Part shown: positions 25,480 through 40,510 of the stretch, in pieces
Layout of the letters: the number at the start of each line of letters is the position of its first letter
Position numbering within the stretch: the first letter of the stretch is position 1
Assembly (NCBI GenBank): GCA_951406725.2
Contig: OX597817.1
Location: forward strand, 54,064,001-54,128,000
Direction: 5' to 3'
Origin: Octopus vulgaris
Lineage: Eukaryota
DNA length: 64,000 nucleotides
Made by a program: the position numbers and the translations under genes
The notes under the pieces: model-generated
Databases searched by the model: none
Told to the model about the DNA's origin: nothing
Seen by the model: only the letters and a program-made list of their open reading frames with translations

Positions 25480-26235
25480 GTGTATGTGAATGTATGTATG
25501 TGTATGTGTGTGTGGTAGCTCTAATGGGTCTGTGTGTAAAAGCGTGTATATAATATGTACGTTCTAGTGTGTGTGTGTATATGAGTGTGCGTGTGTGTGT
25601 GTGTGGTAACTGAAGTGGTTGTGTATATAAAGTTAGGTACGTTCTGCAGTTTATGTGTCTATGTATGTGTGCATGAGTATGTGTGTGCGTGTGTGTATGT
25701 GTGTGCATGTGTGTATGCGTGTATGTGTGGTAACTGAAGTGTCTGTGTGTAAATGGTTTGGTACGTTCTGCGGTGTATGTGTCTATGTGTATGTGTGCGA
25801 GTGTGCATGTGTTTGTGTGTTTGTGTGTACGTGTGTGTGTGTATGTGCATGCGTGTGTGTGTGTGCATGATAACTAAAGTGGTTGCGTATGTAGATAGTT
25901 TGGTACATTCCGCGGTGCATGTGTCTATGTATGTGTGTATGTGTATGCATGTGTGTATGTACATGTATGTGTGTGTACGTGTCTGTATACGTGTGTGTGC
26001 ATGTGTGTGTATGTGCATGTGTGTATGATGTGCATGTATGTGTGTGTGTGTACGCGTGTGTGTGTATATGTGTGTATGTGCATGTGTGTGTGTGGTAACT
26101 GAAGTGGTTGTGTATGTATATAGTTCGGTGCATTCTGCTGTATCTATGTATGTGTGTGTGAGAGTGTACATGTGTGTGTGCGTACGTGTGCGTGTGCACG
26201 TGCATGTGTGTGCGTGTGTGTGCATGTGTGTGTGT
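25480..26235. repeat. Degenerate minisatellite with a unique core embedded in (TG)n
   Basis: Core gtggtaactgaagtggttgtgt..tagtttggtacattctgc recurs at ~25510, 25603, 25727, 25867 and 26092. Confidence 0.8.
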
Positions 26236-26893
26236 CTGCTGTGAGATTAATGTGTTTGCGAAGTTTATGTTCTAGCGCATGCGTAATTGGAAGTGTGAGT
26301 AGGGTTATGTCAAGTTTCTTGTTAAGATTTTCCATTTCACTTTTGTTGTTGATTGATGGCATCTCTTGGGGTTACTGACATTGTCAGTAGTGGTGGTGGT
26401 GGTGGTGGTAGTAGTGGTGTTCTAGGTATTGTTATTTAATGGTGATGGTAGTAATAGTTGTGGTGGTGGCGGCGGTGGTGGTGGTTGTGTGATGATGGTT
26501 GTAGTTGTTGCGAGCTGGCAGTGAGGGTACAGGTAGTATTGGTGGTGGTTGTAGTGGTGTCGCCAGTATTGATGATAATGGTTGTAGTAGGGGCGTATGG
26601 TGGTATTCATTTTTATGGTATTGTTGTTGTACTGGTGGTAGTTGTGATTATGGTTGTGTTAGTGGAAATGGCAGCGATGGCGGTGCATAATGTACTCTTA
26701 GATTCTCAGATATGTCGTCAACAATCTATCTGGTCACGGCTGGAGCCTTTTTTTCTACATAAGACTGTCGCATCCACGGTTGACCTGCGATTCAGCCACA
26801 TCAGCGGCAACATCTCTTAGAGTCTAAGCCATTCCACAGACCTAAAGGCCAGTAGTCAAGATGGCACTCAGCTATTACAGACAACTCAACGGT

Positions 26894-26929
<36 letters not shown>

Positions 26930-27141
26930 ACGTCGATGTTACTGGTGGACTGCAATGATGGACTGCAAGGACCAAATGCTCTGCCTTTTCTTTCAGACCC
27001 TGCAAAAGCACAAGACGGAAGCTCAGCGCCAACATGGATGTAAACGACGACGACGACAGCAATGGTATCATCATCATCGTCATCATGGTCGTCATCTTCA
27101 ACATCATCATCATCATCATCATCACAATCCTCATCATCACC

Positions 27142-27174
<33 letters not shown>

Positions 27175-27178
27175 GTAG

Positions 27179-27229
<51 letters not shown>

Positions 27230-27314
27230 CCATCCTCATCATCTTCATCATCATTACCATCATCACCATCATCAACATCATCGTCGTCGTCGTCGTCATC
27301 ATCATCACCATCAT

Positions 27315-27683
27315 CAGTATTTCGTCTGCCGTTACCTTCTGAGTTCAAATTCCACCGAGGTCGACTTTGCCTTTCATCCTTTCGGGGTCGATAAATTAAG
27401 TACCAGTTACGCACTGGGGTTGATGTAATCGACTTAATCCGTCTGTCTGTCCTTGTTTGTCTCATCTGTGTTTAGCCCCTTGTGGGTAGTAAAGAAATAG
27501 GTATTCAGTCTGTCGTTACATTCTGAGTTCAAATTCCGCCGAGGTCGCCTTTGCTTTTCATCCTTTCGGGGTCGGTAAATAAAGTACCAGTTTCGCACTG
27601 GGGTCGATGTAATCGACTTAATCCCTTTGTCTGTCTTTGTTTGTCCCCTCTATGTTTAGCCCCTTGTGGGCAGTAAAGAAATA
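27315..27683 (+). mobile_element. Two tandem 5'-truncated SINE family 1 copies
   Basis: gtatttcgtctg..gagttcaaattcc..gcctttcatcctttcggggtc..agtaaagaaata, twice. Confidence 0.88.
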
Positions 27684-27711
27684 TATATTAGTACACGTAT
27701 ACATAACAATG

Positions 27712-28200
27712 CATGTATAATGGATGAGAACGTCAGCCATGACAGCCCCATCGAAAAGGATAGGACAAAGAATGAATAGCTGGAAAGGATTTAGAAAATA
27801 TGGTCGTCTGAAGTCTCAGCTTACAACACGTACATCACTCACAATAACTTTGCTGAACTTGTCCTCACGTCCACATTTGGTCTTCTGAACCGGTCACTAC
27901 AAGCGCTCGTCGTGATTGACATATGAACTCACAAACTTGAATATCACGAGAAACATCAGCATTATTGGAAAGGTAGAGAGTCCATGCTTCCCGCGTAAGG
28001 ATGGCGATTCAGGTCTCAAACCTGTAATGATGTCATATGAAGCACAGATTGTGACACTGAAACAATATCTGCAGCAGAGGAAAGAGACCAGTAACTATCT
28101 TGTTCGTGTTTGCAACCATGAAATCAAGAACATGATTCGGGTAGCTTAGGAACTTGAGAAGAGATACGAAATAAGAGCTGATACAGATCTCTCTCTGAGG
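27712..28200 (+). pseudogene. Decayed R4/Dong LINE RT C-terminal (thumb) fragment
   Basis: MDENVSHDSPIEKDR..KIWSSEVSAYN..HNNFA..LTSTFGLL..FPRKDGDSGLK..YEAQIVTLKQYL. Confidence 0.7.
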
Positions 28201-29158
28201 ATTAAAGGTAAATTCTATTGATCAAAAGAGCTAATAAAAAATAAATATCTAAAATACGGCTCTATCATATTTAATAATAATATGTGCAACAGAATCAGTA
28301 TTTGTTCACAATAGCAATCTGTGTATTATACTTAATTCACTTACATCGTAGAAAGCCAAATAACTTACAGTATTCGTCCTGGGGTAGTATCTTTTATAGA
28401 CGTACATTGTTAAAAGATGCAAAAATATATCAGGAGATGAATCGTTCATTAGCGGTGGTAGTATTATTAAAAGCGCATTTCTGCCTCTTTGCACTTCGTC
28501 AGTATTAAGTATTTGCTGCCAATTCGTATGCTGAGACAAAATTCATCGCTACAGGTATAGGATAACAGGGGTTAAAAAATCATTGACGTTGAAGGTAGCC
28601 GGTTGGCTGAATAAAAATTCCTTATATGCAACCGAAGCAGTATTAAATTAAAGTAGTAATCAGTATATCATACAAAAAGTAGATAGGTCAGGAAAAGTCA
28701 TTATCAACTGCGGCATATACAAATACATGTGCGCCCGCGCACACACATACCGTTAAAAATAAATATACAAGTATACAGACTCATATACTTCTGATTATTT
28801 ATTGTTAATAAAGGCGCCATTATTATTTTTATCATTAGCCTCTTTATCCGTTTACTTTGGTCAACAGTATTGATGGCGGTTTTACGAATAAACGTTTCTG
28901 TCCGTCCCACAAGATCAGTTTTATGTTTCAGTCTGTCCCACAAAGCTAAACGAGTTTCGCATCCTCTCTCCTGCACCGTCGTCCAGCCTGTTAGAAATAG
29001 CAGTTGAATCTCCCTCGAATTACAACTTGTCGAGAGGACAATGTGCTTCTGGATTTGTGCACACTGGGAAAAGACGGGATGATCACGTTTGGGGGTGTCT
29101 TCGATTTATAAACCTGCTGGCCACGGAGAAAATATAAAACCAATTCTCTTCCACCACC

Positions 29159-29189
<31 letters not shown>

Positions 29190-29228
29190 CAACCACGACC
29201 ACGACCACCATCATCATCATTACTACTA

Positions 29229-29277
<49 letters not shown>

Positions 29278-30290
29278 GCCGCTATCCACTTCAATTAACA
29301 CCAACAGTACTATATCTTCACTACAATTAATACAAACACCAACATCACTCCCACCCTCATCACTACCGTAAACAAATGGACGAGAAATAATACAATCACC
29401 ACCACCACCCACCACCACCACCACCACCACCACCAGCAACAACAACAACCACAACGACAACCACGACAACAACATCAATAATGATAGTAGTTAACACCAA
29501 CAACAATGACGACCACACACACACACATCGGTCATTCACCCATTTTCCCTTCGTCCGCTCCTCATCGGCCACACCCCGTCTCCCCGCCTTTCTACGCTAG
29601 ACTTGACCCAACAAAAGACAGCCAATCACGTGTCTTGATCACATCTGATAAAGATATTCGACAATTCGCTGACTGCTTATTGGCTTCTGGTATTGGCGGT
29701 GGTGGTGGTGGCGGAGGCGGTGATGGGTTTATTGAATGCTTGCTTCACTGATTTTCACAGACAGTGGGGGGGGGGGGAGCGTGGTAGGAGGTGTGGTGGC
29801 GATTTTGGTGTTTTGGTGTTGGGCGTGGGTGGCTGGGTTGGGTGAGTATCTTTGTAAACTGCGTCACTGTTATAGTCAGCCTTAAATCGTCCATCACTTA
29901 ATAGATTTATGTTTAAAGACACGCCAGCCATGACAATCCCACCTATTTCTCACGCACCTCGATATTCTTCGGGATTTTTTTTTTCTTAAGAGAAAGGGGT
30001 AATTGGAGGTAAATTTGGTTGCTATGTTTAGCAGATTCAGGGGCCTTTTCAATGGCAATGGTGGTGGTGGTGAGGGGGGAATGGGATTGTTGGTGTTGAT
30101 GGTTATGGTGTTAGTATGGGTGGTGGTGGGCATGGTGGTGATATGTGATGGTATGCGATGATTATCGGGGTGGGTGGTGGTGATTGTGGTATAGATAGCG
30201 ACGGCTGAAAGACGACAGCAGTAGCATCAACAGCATCAGCAAGAGCAGCAGCACCAGCAGCAGTCGTAGGATTAGCAGCAGCAGCAACAT

Positions 30291-30330
<40 letters not shown>

Positions 30331-30956
30331 GTTGGTGGTCAGCATTGGTCCTGTAGTAATGGTAATGGTGGTGTTTAGTGTAGTAGTAGCTGTGATGATG
30401 ATGTTGATGATAATGACGGTGCTGGTGATGATGATGATAATGATGATGATGATGATGGTGATGACGATGGTGGTGATGATAATGATGATGAGGCTGATGA
30501 TGGGGATGATGATGAGGATGACGTCGACGATGACGATGATGATGATAATGATGATGATAATGATGATGACGATGATGACGATGATGATGAGGATGACGAC
30601 GACAACGACGATGATTTTGAGGATGACGACGACGATGACGATGATGATGGTGATGGTGATGATGATGATGATGATAATGCTGTTGCTTCTGATGAAGATG
30701 ATGAGCAAAATAACGAGAAAGACAGACAGACAGACAGACAGATAAATAAATAAATAGAGAGATAGATAGGGAGAAAGAAAGAAAGAGAGAAAGAGAGAGA
30801 GAGAGAGAGAAAGAAAGAGAGAAAGAGAGAGAGAGAGAGAGAGTGAGATATGGTCGTGACGATAGCGACGGGAGGGCGGGATCGGGCGTGTTTCAGGGCG
30901 CGTTATTGATCGTCGTGACAATTCTACTGCTGCTGCTACTGCTGCTGCTGCCAATG

Positions 30957-31116
<160 letters not shown>

Positions 31117-31175
31117 TGATGATAATAATAATAATGATGGCGATGATGATGATGATGATGATGATGACGACGACG

Positions 31176-31207
<32 letters not shown>

Positions 31208-31743
31208 CACAACAACAACAACAACAGCCACAACAAAACTACAACTACTAGTAATAATAGGAGAGTCGGCGATGGTGACGGTCGTAGAAGTGGGAGGTGG
31301 TCATGGCGGTGGCGGGCGGAGGTCATGGCGTTGTGATTGGTGGCGGCGGCGGTGGTGGTAGTGGTGGTGGTATAATATTTTTCTAGTGTTTATTGATTAA
31401 GCAGATTTGAGTTGATTGGCCGTATGTCAGGTTAGATCGTCAGATAAAGGTGGCGCTTGTATCAAGGGAGACAAACACTTGAACGATTCACTGAGGCAAC
31501 GTTTTTTCTATTTATTGCCCTATTAAACACAAAAGGAGTCACCTGATAGAGAAAGAGAGTTTGCGGCTTTTTTTGTTGTTGTCTTTATTGGCGTTGTGGT
31601 TGTAGTTATTGTTGTTGAAGTAGTTGAGGTTCTTGGTGTGGGTATGGGTGACTGGGGGAAGGAAGAGGGAAGAGGTTCATCGTGCCAGAGAAAGAAAATT
31701 ATATAGTATACATACACATATGTGTGTGTTTGTGTGTGTGCAG

Positions 31744-31794
<51 letters not shown>

Positions 31795-31969
31795 AATATA
31801 CATAAATATACATATATACATACCTGTATATATCTATATGTATAGATATATACATACATATATGTATATATATGCATCCATATATACACTTTTGTATATA
31901 TACTATGCATACATATATTATACATACACACATATATATATACATACATATATATATATAGTGAAGTAT

Positions 31970-32040
<71 letters not shown>

Positions 32041-32486
32041 TATACACACATATATATATACATACATGCTTGCATACATACATACCTACATACACACACA
32101 CACATACATACATACATACATACATACATACATACATACATACATACATACTTACAATCATACATACATACATACATACATACATACATACACATATACA
32201 TATAAAATTTACGTAGACAAAACAAAAATATCCAAACAAAACAAACCAATATTATTAAAAAATTACTATTCAATATGTTTAAGATGTGATGATGGCGATG
32301 GTGATGATGGTGGGAGAGGGTGATGGAGGTGGCAGCGATGATCTTGTCAATCTTATCACTGTCATCGTTATATCTTTCTCGCCATCATTTTTCATCAATC
32401 GTCACCGATGTCACTGTCGCCGCCGCCGTCGTCGTCGTCATCATCTCAATAATTATTTTCAGCTTATTAAAAAAAAAACAGATCAA

Positions 32487-32548
32487 GAAAGAAAGAAAGA
32501 GTAGAGGAAGAGAAAGAGAAAATACTAATCATGAGATAGAAAAATGAC

Positions 32549-32641
<93 letters not shown>

Positions 32642-32653
32642 TATGATGATGAC

Positions 32654-32735
<82 letters not shown>

Positions 32736-32930
32736 GCAGTGACAATGTAAATAACAACAATACCGAGGACGGTGAAGACAACGAGAAAGCAAACATGCTC
32801 TGGGATATGCCGATACACACAGATAGAGAAATTAAGGCCAACAGACCAGATATAGTTGTCAGAGATCATGAAGAAAGAAAGAGTAGAGGAAGAGAAAGAG
32901 AAAATACTAATCATGAGATAGAAAAATGAC

Positions 32931-33010
<80 letters not shown>

Positions 33011-33153
33011 TAGCAGTGACAATGTAAATAACAACAATACCGAGGACGGTGAAGACAACGAGAAAGCAACCATGTTCTGGGATATGCCGATACACACAGA
33101 TAGAGAAATTAAGGCCAACAGACCAGATATAGTTGTCAGAGATCATGAAGAAA
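32487..33153 (+). repeat. Tandem duplication spanning the Dong 5' junction
   Basis: gaaagagtagaggaagag..(aat)n..gaagacaacgagaaagc..gatcatgaagaaa occurs at ~32487-32876 and ~32870-33153. Confidence 0.9.
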
Positions 33154-33510
33154 AAATGCTTTCTAATTGATGTATCAATACCGGCAGATGACAACGTGTC
33201 TCTAAAAGAAATGGAGAAACTTTCAAAATACAAAGACCTGGAAATAGAGGTAACCAGAATGTGGAATCTAAAAACAGAAACAATTCCTATCATAGTAGGT
33301 GCATTAGGCATGATAAAAAAATATTCAGACAAATACATAACAAAGACACCGGGACTTACAAACACATATAACATACAGAAAATTGCACTACTAGGCACTG
33401 CACACATCCTACGCAGAACACTTTCCATACAATAACCATCAGAGCATCACCCAAGGCACACAGAGCTGCGCTCGGTAGTAAAGTGAAAGCACGCTATAAA
33501 AATAAAACTA

Positions 33511-33513
<3 letters not shown>
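33057..33513 (+). mobile_element. 5'-truncated Dong/R4-clade LINE: RLE endonuclease domain and 3' UTR, followed by (TAA)n
   Basis: NEKATMFWDMPIHTDREIKANRPDIVV / KCFLIDVSIPADDNVSLKEMEKLSKYKDL..IPIIVGALG..IQKIALLGTAHILRR* (stop 33435; frameshift ~33153). The TAA repeat is the known Dong target. Confidence 0.9.
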
Positions 33514-33566
<53 letters not shown>

Positions 33567-33589
33567 TGATGATGATGATGATGATGATG

Positions 33590-33655
<66 letters not shown>

Positions 33656-34843
33656 GTAATAGCAACAACATTAGGTAAAGATGAAGCCCAAGTCAGTTCC
33701 CTCGTTGACAGAGTGTATACTTTCAGTCCTGATAGAATGGAGTTCGGACTGAGAAAGAGCTGGCCTTGTACTAGAATTCGAAATCAGTATTTGTGTATAA
33801 TTTTAAATTGATCACCGTCGGTTTTGGCGATAAGGGTTTATTCACTCGATCCATTGAATCAGTGTTTAAGTGGTTGAGTATTCCGCTGATCCTTAATGTA
33901 ATTCTCAGCAAAGGATCAATGTGAATCAGTGTGTGTCAAGGGTGTCGCTTTTGTACCACAAATCCGTCAGTAACCATTTCCCCAGTTTCACTCACAGACC
34001 ACACGATTGGCAAGTGGAATTTCTAAGCATTCGTCCACGGTACATTCTCAACTTATCTGTAACAAACTTGTTTCAACAAAATTATGAATAACACGTTTTA
34101 AAAGACTCAAGAATTAGTAAGAAATTTCTAATCTCTTAAATTGAATCTTAACAAATTCCACGGGGAAATCTAGGCAATTCTTGTGTTGCAGCAGTGTGCC
34201 ACAGTGACTCTAGATAAACCTTGTCATGCGCTTGTGTGCCACTTCTGTGGTGAACTTTGGTAACTTTTATCACGTACCACTATGCCACGGAGAATTTAGA
34301 TAGCTCTTGCTACGCCCCTGTACGCCGCGTGAACCTTGATAATTTACTTCAAACATCATGCTGCGGTGCACCGTTTCGTGCACTCTGATCTTATTCAAGG
34401 CTTGATAATCCGAACAGCGATGGTGTTAGATGCATTGATGTATTTGTATATAGCAGAGTAGAGTGTCTTGCCTATGGTGGAGACTACTCGACACTATTTG
34501 CCCTGGTTGTCTACTCTCCAAATCAAAGACCAGTCGAGATCAGCTCTAACGTTTATTTACCAGAGATCAATAAATGGCGCACAAGTCTCTGCCAGTTGGA
34601 TTGCCTGTCTGTCTGTCTGTCTGTCTGTCTGCCTGTCTGCCTGCCTGTTTGTCTTTCTGCCTGCTTGTCTGTCTGTCTGCCTGCTTGTCTGTCTGCCTGT
34701 CTACCTGTCTGCCTGCCTGTCTGCCTGTCTGCCTGTCTGTCCTGTCTACCTGCCTGTCTGCCTGTTTGCTTGCCTGTCTGTCTGCCTGTCTGCCTGCATG
34801 TCTGCTTACATGCTGTCTGTCTATCTGTCTGCCCGCCTGTCTG

Positions 34844-34882
<39 letters not shown>

Positions 34883-35053
34883 GCTTGCACGCCTGTCTGC
34901 CTGTCTGTATGTCTGTCTGCCTGTCTGCCTGTGTGTCTGTCTGCCTTCCTGCCTGTCTATCTACCTGTCTCTGTCTGCCTACCTGTCTGCCTATCTGATG
35001 ATGTTGACGACGATGACGACGATGACAATAATGATGAAGTTAACAATGATGAC

Positions 35054-35095
<42 letters not shown>

Positions 35096-35202
35096 GATGA
35101 TGTTTGTGAAGGACGAAAACAAAATTTAACTCAGCGGGGACTTCAACTGAAAACGTAAAGACTCGGAACAAATATCGCCAACCACTTTGTCTAACTCTAC
35201 AA

Positions 35203-35242
<40 letters not shown>

Positions 35243-36094
35243 ACACACACATACAAACACATGTATATATATATATATATTTATATATAACTATATCTGC
35301 CAATTCAATCAAATAGCGACACATTTGAAATGCTTCACCAAACCATTATTCTCCCTCTCTCTTTCTCCCTCTGTCTCTCACCATTTCTCCACACCTCTCA
35401 CTACCACCCACTCATTATTTCTGCTTCTCCTCTTCCACCTTCCTCTCTTCTTCTCTTTCATTTCTCAGTACTTTTACTGCGAGGCATTGTCTGTCTCGAC
35501 GCCACACTAACATATTTCTCTCTATAATACAACAACGAACAAAAGAACCACACTGGACTCTAGTAGAAGGAGACGTTGAGTTTGTTTTATTAAAAGACTA
35601 TTTATTTATGTGTGATTTGCCAAATTTAAATAAAAAAATAAGAAGGAAAAAAAATTATTGTTATTTTCAAGATGGCTGCTTGAAGTAATGTTGGTCTTGC
35701 AGTGACGACCATTAATGGCTGCCAGTTTATTTTTTCCCTTTATTTATTGTCTGATTCGATGTTGTCACAAACGACTATTGTGTTTATCTTGGTCGACATC
35801 CGGACGACAATTCTACCGAGACTTTAGTCACATGACTGCTCTCCTTTAACAAATATTCCAATGCAAACAGTTTTTCACAACTAGAATACAATGGAATTAA
35901 GACCGATTTAACTGCTAAGATTTACAGCCTAAATGATGGCCATATTAAACGTTATAAACAGTAATTTGAGAGATATTGAGCCCGTTTCTCTTATCTCTCT
36001 CAAATCGGTTATTTATGTCTGTCCTCCCGATATCCCAGATAACTTATCATAGATATCACAAATAATATAGAAATACTATTTCACAGATAACGTA

Positions 36095-36170
<76 letters not shown>

Positions 36171-36372
36171 AATAATGATAATAGTAATAATAATAATAAT
36201 AATAATAATGATAATAATAATGATAATAACAATAATAATAATTATAATAATGATAATAATAATAATAATGATAATAATAATAATAATAATAATGATAATA
36301 ATAATAATTATAATAATGATAATAATAATAATAATAATGATAATAATAATAATAATAATGATAATAATAATA

Positions 36373-36403
<31 letters not shown>

Positions 36404-36468
36404 TAATAATGATAAAAATAATAATGATAATAATAATAATGATAATAATGATAATAATAATAATAATG

Positions 36469-36503
<35 letters not shown>

Positions 36504-36546
36504 GATAATAATAATAATGATACTGTTGATAATAATAATAACAATG

Positions 36547-36623
<77 letters not shown>

Positions 36624-36704
36624 TAATAATGATTTCATTTATTTGCCACAATAATGATGATAATAATGATGATGATGATGATGATGACGATTACGTAATT
36701 GTTA

Positions 36705-36899
36705 TTAGGAGTTGTCAGAATTCTTAGCACGCCGGACAAAATGCTTAGCAGTATTTTTCCGGCTTTATGCTCTGAGTTCAAATTCCGACGTGGTCGACTT
36801 TGCCTTTCATCCTTTCGGGGTTACCAGTGAAACACATGGGTCGATGTAATCGACTAGTCCTATCCTCCAAATTTCAGGTCTTGCGCCTATAATAGAAGG

Positions 36900-36964
<65 letters not shown>

Positions 36965-37271
36965 ATGAAAACTCACAGCTTATTTTTCTGGGTATGATGG
37001 ATAGTGTCAGCTGTCCACAGCCAGCAGACTAAGGTGACGCTTGTTTACTGGTCATGCTTCAAGAACCCTGCGAAGAATTTTTGCAGTTCCAAGCAATTCT
37101 GATTATTATAATATTTATAATCATAATCATAATTATTATTATTCCGCCGAGGTCGACTTTGCCTTTCATCCTTTCGGGGTTAATAAATTAAGTAACAGTC
37201 AAATACTGGGGTCGATTTAATTGACTATCCCCTTCCCTCAAATTCAAGGCCTTGTGCTTATAGTAGAAAGG

Positions 37272-37272
<1 letters not shown>
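36705..37272 (+). mobile_element. Two SINE family 1 copies (36705-36900, 37140-37272) with (TTA)n tails
   Basis: B box gagttcaaattcc and core gcctttcatcctttcgggg. Confidence 0.8.
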
Positions 37273-37331
<59 letters not shown>

Positions 37332-37605
37332 GCCTTTGCATCCGGTTTTTTAAACGTTTTCACTCATATTTTCACTGAGCAGCCTAAATAATTGTCAGAT
37401 CTCACACGAAATCAATCGATATGGGATTATCTATTCATCCGCTAAAGGTAGGCTTGATTATTTTGCTCGTTTTCCTCGAATTCCCCTGTGCAAAAGAGTG
37501 TGAAATAGGCGGTTTAGAGTCTTTTTGACTTCTATTTCTAGCATGTCGGTACTTTTTCCAAGTACCCTTCATTATGATATTTTTATATATGATTATAATC
37601 CCCTC

Positions 37606-37694
<89 letters not shown>

Positions 37695-38474
37695 GTAAAT
37701 GTCGAACGATGAAAATAAGTGCTCAACACACATTTGTGGATACAATTTCTTTATTTGTAAGTTAAGGCTACCATTGGTTTCATGTTAAGAAAAGTATGAA
37801 AATATCCTAGTGTCTTAACAATTTTTCAAGCCGATCACATGGAGAAAGGTATTTTGGAGAGCACACATTGATACGCACACACAGAGACATGTACACGTGA
37901 GTGCGCTCATGCTAGCATATATAGCTGTTAGACGAAGATATTGAAAACGTGTAAGAGAGCGAAAGACAGGAGAGTGAGAAAGAAAGAAAAAGAGAGAGAG
38001 AGAGAGAGGGAGAGAGAAAGAAAGAGGGAAAATGAATGAGCAAGGAAAAAGAAAGAGTGAAGATTATAAATGTGGAGATAAAGAGGATTGGTGAAGGCTG
38101 TGATGGAAATCTGAAGACAAAACGAGAAGTTGTGAAAATTTGTGACAATGGGGAGAATAATATGGTTGAAGTAAAATGCGTAGACGGACGGATATGTGGT
38201 ACCTGGAAGAAGTAGAGATGTGAGTTGGAAGGTAATTAAGAGAAGAAATCAGAGGATAGTGAAGGAGTAGGGGAGTGTGAAAATGTATGGAATATCAGAA
38301 TAAAAGAATTGCAAAATGCTATAATAGAGAATGGACGGTGTGTAAGAATATCGTTTGGCGTGTCTTGTGAGATTTGCCTCTGAAGAGTGAGTTGTATTGT
38401 GTAAATTTGTGAAAGACTGCGCCTGCGTGTGTGTGTGTGTGTGTGTGTGTGTTTTTATGTGCGTTTGCGTGCCT

Positions 38475-38510
<36 letters not shown>

Positions 38511-38545
38511 GAGAGAAAGACGAATAGCTAATAGTGATATAATGA

Positions 38546-38648
<103 letters not shown>

Positions 38649-38756
38649 CGATGTTTATTTGCATCATTATCTCTCTCTGTATATGTATATATGTATATAT
38701 GTATATATATATGTATATATATGTATATATGTATGCACACATACATATATATACAT

Positions 38757-38857
<101 letters not shown>

Positions 38858-38947
38858 AGAGAGAGAGAGAGATGTTTATTTGCATCATTATCTCTCTCTG
38901 TATATGTATATATGTATGCACACATACATATATATACATACACACAC

Positions 38948-39009
<62 letters not shown>

Positions 39010-39923
39010 ATGTATATGTATGTATGTAGATTTGTGTGTCTATATATATATATATATTACTTATCGCTTCCTTTCTTTTCCTATCTCTCTTCATTTCGTA
39101 TCTCATCCCATCTCTCCATCTCAACGGCCGTCTATTCCAGCATCACTCTCCGTTCTCTGTCTCTATGTCTCCCAGTTTCTCTCCCTCTCTCCATCTCGCT
39201 CTCTCCCTCACAATGCAAATTACTTCCAAAGTACAACTCACACCAAATTTTATTCTTTGACTCTGTCCATTGTCTAATTTGGCATTCCTATTTTTTTTCC
39301 ATTTTAGTCTTATCTTGCATTCTAATTCCTTTGGTTTTTCTCTCTTCCTCCTCTATATAGAATCTCCAAGAGCACATTTAACTTCTTCATATCTTTCGGT
39401 TAACCCTAATTTTGTGTCTTCACTTTAGATAATGGAACATACGTGATTTCCGTACTTCTGGCCACAATCACGCTAACCCGAACTTCTAGAAATAGCGGAC
39501 GATCAATTTTACTTCATCTTTTTACTTCAAAGAATGGTAAGCACGTGAAACATTAAGTATAATGTCTGGAGAGAAAATATTGGCATTTAATAATAGCTGC
39601 TGTTACAGATTGTGCTGTTCCTTTGCCATATTTAAATGTGGAACAACACGCATAGCCACATTGCTCTTTGGCTTACAATGTAAATCATTACAAAATCGAG
39701 CACTTTGTAGCAATTAAATTTATATACTGTAGCACACACACATGTATATGTATATGTGAAAAACGCTTCTAACAATGCAAAAAGGTTTTAGAAAAACCTT
39801 TTTGTATTGTTACAAACCTTCTTTTTCTTTTCTTTTCCTGTTTTCTTTCCACTTTTGTGCTACTATGCTTCAGGCGAACTACATCGTTCTTATACACATA
39901 CACACAAATATACATACACACTT

Positions 39924-39996
<73 letters not shown>

Positions 39997-40210
39997 ATGT
40001 GACCGCATGTGTACCGTTGGCGATTTTTTCCCTCCGTCTTCCCTTCCTTGGATCTTTCCTTTTTCCTATGTTTCTGACGAAGAGCTCCGCTCGAAACGGT
40101 AAATCCTCCTTCTTTCTTTCCTTTCCTGGGCGTCCAATAACACTATACTTGTTTCACGTCTACGCGTTGTTGTGTTTTCTCTTTGTGTTTTCATGTTTGG
40201 ATTAACTATA
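39997..40210 (+). mobile_element. pLTR-like family C with hammerhead motif at 40070-40104
   Basis: GTTT CTGACGA A GAGC TCC GCTC GAAA CG GT AAAT (U16.1>G); flanked by TA repeats. Confidence 0.75.
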
Positions 40211-40224
40211 TATATATATACATA

Positions 40225-40510
40225 CAGTTACTGCAACAGCCTGGGTTTCAGGGACCCACAGTTTTTAATATTCTCCCAAAGACCCTGAGAAACCTACACA
40301 AATTGGATGTAGGTGTTTTCAAATCAAAACTGAACCATTTCCTGTCGAGAGTCCCAGATGACCCTACTTCACGGCAAGAGGTGCAAATGAGGGTAGCGAC
40401 ATCAAACTCCATTCTTCGCCAAGTGCCACATATTAGAGGAGGCTCTCAGCAATAAGAGTGCAACAAAACGGCGTTGCCCCAGCATGGTCACAGATCTGAG
40501 CTGAAACTAC
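40225..40510 (+). mobile_element. CR1-like LINE 3' end
   Basis: FNILPKTLRNLHKLDVGVFKSKLNHFLSRVPDDPTSRQEVQMRVATSNS plus gccccagcatggtcacag tail. Confidence 0.8.

Noticed and set aside
25480-26235. Repeated core with variable spacers as a CRISPR-like array
   Set aside because: Spacers are TG microsatellite, repeats are degenerate, the context is eukaryotic and there are no cas genes
28580-28990. Several partial hammerhead-like strings (also ~24120 and ~63533)
   Set aside because: Too degenerate to separate from chance without a family consensus
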